DNA of 64,000 bases, from assembly GCF_035084215.1 (NCBI RefSeq), contig NC_090367.1:8124001-8188000 (forward strand). Direction: 5' to 3'. The position numbers were made by a program, and so were the translations under genes. The stretch is from Heptranchias perlo. Its lineage: Eukaryota. Under the pieces are notes generated by a model that made no database searches, was not told where the DNA came from, and saw only the letters and a list, made by a program, of their open reading frames with translations. Shown here one piece after another: positions 60,139 through 64,000 of the stretch; positions within the stretch are counted from its first letter, which is position 1; each line of letters begins with the position of its first letter.

Positions 60139-60526
60139 CTGTTGGAAACAAAGGTTTGAGAACGTGCTGCTTTACACTCACGTTGCTGAAAATTCATTGA
60201 AACTGTTTCGCCTCCCCTCCATCACTGATTCCTCTCTCTTTCACTCCCCCCTCACCACCCACCCCACGTAAAGTGACCGACTCATTACCCACCCCACCCA
60301 GGGTCCACGGCTGCCGATCACCCTCACCCAAGTGGCTATTCGTCAGTGGTGAGCCCGAGCCCAGTGAGGGGCCGCAGCTATTCAACCTAGGAGGGCATCA
60401 CTGCCAGGCCCAACCCCTGCTCTCACATCCCTGGGGATAGTGATCGGCAGCGGGAACCCTGGTTGACGTTTCCTTCCTCAGCCCAGGGTCGCTGAAACCC
60501 AACTGTAGCAGCGCCAACCCGGTAAG

Positions 60527-63200
60527 AAACAACCTGCATTTCTATAGCGCCTTTCACATCCTCAGGATGTCCAAAGCGCTTCACAGCCAAAGAAGTACTT
60601 GGACGTGTAGTCACTGTTGTAATGTAGGAAATGCGGGCAGCCACTTTGCGCACAGCAAGATCCCAAAAACAGCAGTGTGATAATCACCAGTTAATCTGTT
60701 TTTTTTCCCCTCAGTGATGTTGGTTGAGGGATAAATATTGGCCCCAGGACACCGGGGAGAACTCCCCCCCTGCTCTTCTTCCAATAGTGGCCGTGGGATC
60801 TTTTACGTCCACCTGAGAGGGGCAGACGGGGTCTAGGTTTAACGTCTCATCCGAAAGACGGCACCTCCGACAGTGCAGCACTCCCTCAGTACTGGCAGTG
60901 GGAGTGTCGGCCTGGATGAGGCCACTCGGGCCCATCTTATTCATCCACCCTAGAGGCACCCTACCAACCCCCATCACAGCATCCAACTGGGGTCTTAAAT
61001 GATTCCGGGGATTTTCACCCCACCACTATCTGGGAGTGTCAGCCAGGATTATGGGCTCAAGTCTCTGGGGGGGGGGGAGAGAGAGCGAGAGAGAGAGCGC
61101 GCACGAGCGAGAGAGAGAGCGCGCACGAGAGAGAGAGAGAGCGCGCACGAGAGAGAGAGAGAGCGCGCACGTGAGAGAGAGAGAGCGCGCACGAGAGAGA
61201 GAGCGCGCACGACGAGAGAGAGAGAGAGCGCGCAGCTGAGAGAGAGAGAGAGAGAGAGGAGAGCCGCTGAGGGAGAGAGAGAGAGCGCGAGTGAGAGAGG
61301 AGAGAGAGCGTGAGAGAGATGAGCCAGAGTAGCAGAGAGAGAGAGAGAGAGCGCACCAACTGAGAGAGAGAGAGAGGCTGCGAGAGAGAGAGAGAGGCGC
61401 GAGGAGAGAGAGAGAGCGCGAGAGAGAGAGAGACGCTGAGAGAGAGAGAAACGCGAGAGAGAGAGAACGCGAGAGAGAGAGAAGCGAGAGAGAGAGAGCG
61501 CGAGGAGAGAGAGATGCAACGGAGAGAGAAGAGAGCGGAGTCGAGAGAGAGAGAGCGCGAGAGAGAGAGAGCGCGAGAGAGAGAGAGCGCGAGAGAGAGA
61601 GAGAGCGCGAGTGAGAGAGCCGAGAGCAGCGAGAGAGAGAGAGAGCGCAGAGAGAGAGAGAGGCGCAGAGAGAGAGAGCGAGCGAGAGAGAGCGCAGCGC
61701 GAGAGAGAGCGCGAGAGAGAGGAGCGCGAGGAGAGAGCGAGAGAGAGAGAGCTTGAGAGAGAGGAGAGCGCGAGAGAGAGAGAGAGGCTCGCGGCGAGAG
61801 AGAGAGCGCGAGAGAGAGAGGAGCGCGAGAGAGAGAGGGAGCGCGAGAGAGAGAGGGAGCGCTGAGAGAGAGAGGGAGCGCGAGAGAGAAGGAGAGCGCG
61901 AGAGAGAGGGGCGCGAGAGAGAGGGGGCGCGAGAGAGAGAGGGGCGCGAGAGAGAGAGGGCGCGAGAGAGAGAGGGCGCGAGAGAGAGAGGGCGCGAGAG
62001 GAGAGAGGGCGCGAGAGAGAGAGAGGGCGCGAGAGAGAGAGGGCGCGAGAGAGAGAGGGCGCGAGAGAGAGAGGGCTGCGAGAGAGAGAGGGCGCGAGAG
62101 AGAGAGGGCGCGAGAGAGAGAGGCGCGAGAGAGAGAGGCGCGAGAGAGAGAGGGCGCGAGAGAGAGAGGGCGCGAGAGAGAGGAGGGCGAGAGAGAGAGA
62201 GGGCGAGAGAGAGAGAGGGCGAGAGAGTAGAGAGAGGCGAGAGAGAGAGAGAGCGCGAGAGAGAGAGAGAGAGCGCGGGAGAGAGAGGGAGGAGAGAGCG
62301 GCGAGAGGAGAGAGCGCGAGAGCGAGAGCGCGAGAGAGAGCGCGAGAGAGAGCGCGAGAGAGAGCGCGAGAGAGAGGCGAGAAGAGAGCGCGAGAGAGAG
62401 GAGCGCGAGAGAGAGAGCGCTACGAGAGAGAGAGCGCTGAGAGAGAGAGCGCGAGAGAGAGAGCGCGAGAGAGAGAGCGCGAGAGAGAGAGAGCGCGAGA
62501 GAGAGAGCGCGAGAGAGAGCGAGAGAGAGCGCCGAGAGAGAGCGCGAGAGAGAGAGCGCCGAGAGAGAGAGCGCGAGAGAGAGAGCGCGGAGAGAGAGAG
62601 CGCCGAGAGAGAGAGAGCGCGAGAGAGAGAGCGCAGCAGAGAGAGAGAGCGCGAGAGAGAGAGAGCGGAGAGAGAAGAGAGAGAGCAGCGGAGAGAGAGG
62701 AGAGCGCGAGAGAGGAGAGACGAAGAGAGCGCGCGAGAGAGAGAGCGCTGAGAGAGAGAGAGCGACAGAGCGCGAGAGAGAGAGAGAGCGCAGAGAGATA
62801 GATGCAGAGAGAGAGAGCGCGCGGAGAGAGAGAGAGCAGCGAGAGAGAGAGAGCGCGAGAGAGAGCGCGAGAGAGAGAGAGCGCGAGAGAGATGAGCGCG
62901 AGAGAGAGGAGAGCGCGAGAGAGGAGAGCGCGAGAGAGAGAGAGCGGTGCTCGAGAGAGAGAGAGCGCGAGAGAGAGGAGAGCGGCGCGTGAGAGAGAGA
63001 GAGCGCTGAGAGAGAGAGAGGCTGATGAGAGAGAGAGGAGCGCGCAGAGAGAGAGAGAGCGCGAGAGAGGAGCGCTGAGAGAGAGAGAGGCGAGAGAGAG
63101 AGAGCGAGAGGAGAGAGACGAGAGAGCGAGAGCGGAGAGGAAGAGAGCGCGAGAGAGAGAGAGCGCTATCTGAGAGAGAGAGAGCGCGCGAGAGAGGGAG

Positions 63201-63238
<38 letters not shown>

Positions 63239-63282
63239 AGAGAGAGCAAGAAAGAAAGAAAGAGAGACACTGAGCCAAGCTA
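60527..63282 (-). mobile_element. DeuSINE copy interrupted by a CR1 fragment (~60918-61030) and a 2.2-kb GA-rich expansion
   Basis: Tail and core at 60527-60917, body resumes at 61031-61066, head CACTGAGCCAAGCT at 63268-63281. Confidence 0.75.
61078..63267 (+). repeat. ~2.2-kb (GA)n/(GAGC)n compound microsatellite
   Basis: GA dinucleotides interspersed with GCGC. Confidence 0.95.
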
Positions 63283-63369
63283 ATACGAAAAGGTCACTGC
63301 ACAACGAGCAGCAGTCTGTATGCCCCTGAAAGCCGGACAATCGACAGGGCGAGAGCTTAAAATCCCTCT

Positions 63370-63665
63370 GGCCCCTACAACCCTCCGAGATCTCTGCGCT
63401 CCTCCAATTCTGGCCTCTTGCGCATCCCCGATTTTAATCCCTCCACCATTGGTGGCTGTGCCTTCAGCTGCCTGGGCCCTCAGCTCGGGAATTCCCTCCC
63501 TGAACCTCACCGCCTCCCCTTCCTCCTTTAAGACGCTCCTTAAAACCTGTCCTAATATCCTCGTGTGGCTCAGTCAAATTTTGTCTGATTTACACTCCCG
63601 TGAAGGGCCTTGGGACGCTTCACTGCGTTAAAGGCCCTACATAAGTGCAAGTTGTCCTTGTTGTC
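63370..63665 (+). mobile_element. L2-clade LINE 3' fragment
   Basis: Same family as the other L2 fragments. Confidence 0.7.
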
Positions 63666-63765
63666 CTATCAGGGGTGACCGTAACCCACCAAACGGCTAA
63701 GTTGCTGTTGCGTCTTAAGCTCTGCAAACTCGGCGTTTAAAAGAGAAAGACCAATATCGACTCAC

Positions 63766-64000
63766 CGTGCAGATCACTGAAGCTGACTTCGTATCGGATG
63801 GGCTCGGTGCTGGCAGCGGCACCCAGTTCGGTTTTGAGGGTCAGGTCCGTGCACTCCAGCCGCAGAGACTCATTCCGCACCGCCTTCTGGAACCAGGGCC
63901 TGCGCTCGGAGTCGGGCCGCAGGTCGGGCACCGGGAACTGCAGCCGGAAATGGGCTTTCGGGGCGGTGAGGCGCACGGCCGTCGGATGTCCCGCGGCAGG
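63766..64000 (-). CDS. ATG2A: ATG2A exon, truncated by the window edge (...VRLTAPKAHFRLQFPVPDLRPD...EVSFSDLH)
   Basis: Open frame to donor GTGAGT at 63765; FP..DLRP and SDLHG motifs. Confidence 0.9.

Larger units (their letters stand above)
16915..64000 (-). other. ATG2A: ATG2A gene span (partial: 5' exons outside the window, several internal exons probably in the N gap)
   Basis: 23 exons with GT-AG boundaries, collinear with vertebrate ATG2A as recalled, including the ATG2A-type C-terminus (DTAQTICDVAARGHEQKG...GGMRNQIKPDARKEDCLKWRTDEAQE). Confidence 0.93.

Noticed and set aside
60999..63340. 750-aa SL-rich and RE-rich ORFs
   Set aside because: GA microsatellite.
16915..64000. ATG2B identity, or an ATG2A pseudogene call
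   Set aside because: Exon peptides match ATG2A-type sequence as recalled (e.g. ARGHEQKG, EVPIWLDYHGKHVTMDQ). The indels are confined to one side of the gap and mostly in homopolymers, which favours assembly error.

Overview
Eukaryotic, repeat-rich and GC-rich vertebrate genomic DNA, most likely cartilaginous fish (shark), judging by the DeuSINE/SacSINE1-type SINEs and the CR1, L2 and Penelope retroelements. It holds two convergent protein-coding genes. (1) The last coding exon of an inositol-trisphosphate 3-kinase (ITPKB-like, + strand, 3393-3629). (2) The 3' portion of ATG2A (autophagy lipid-transfer protein, - strand): 23 coding exons traced by GT-AG boundaries and phase from the window end (64000) to the stop codon at 16915, plus a probable ~4.8 kb 3' UTR. 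A 200-N scaffold gap (48798-48997) probably hides several ATG2A exons, and six of the seven exons right of the gap carry small indels that look like consensus errors. The rest is SINEs, LINE fragments and at least ten mini/microsatellite arrays; nearly all long ORFs in the ORF track are repeat artefacts. The most interesting observations are: an ITPK gene beside ATG2A (candidate fourth 2R ohnolog absent from mammals); a Penelope element with inverted pLTRs, each carrying a minimal hammerhead ribozyme; several local duplications of a SINE plus its flank; and an unclassified intronic element present twice. Comparisons to human proteins and repeat consensus sequences are from memory, not from a database search. 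No prokaryotic-type system (CRISPR etc.) is present.
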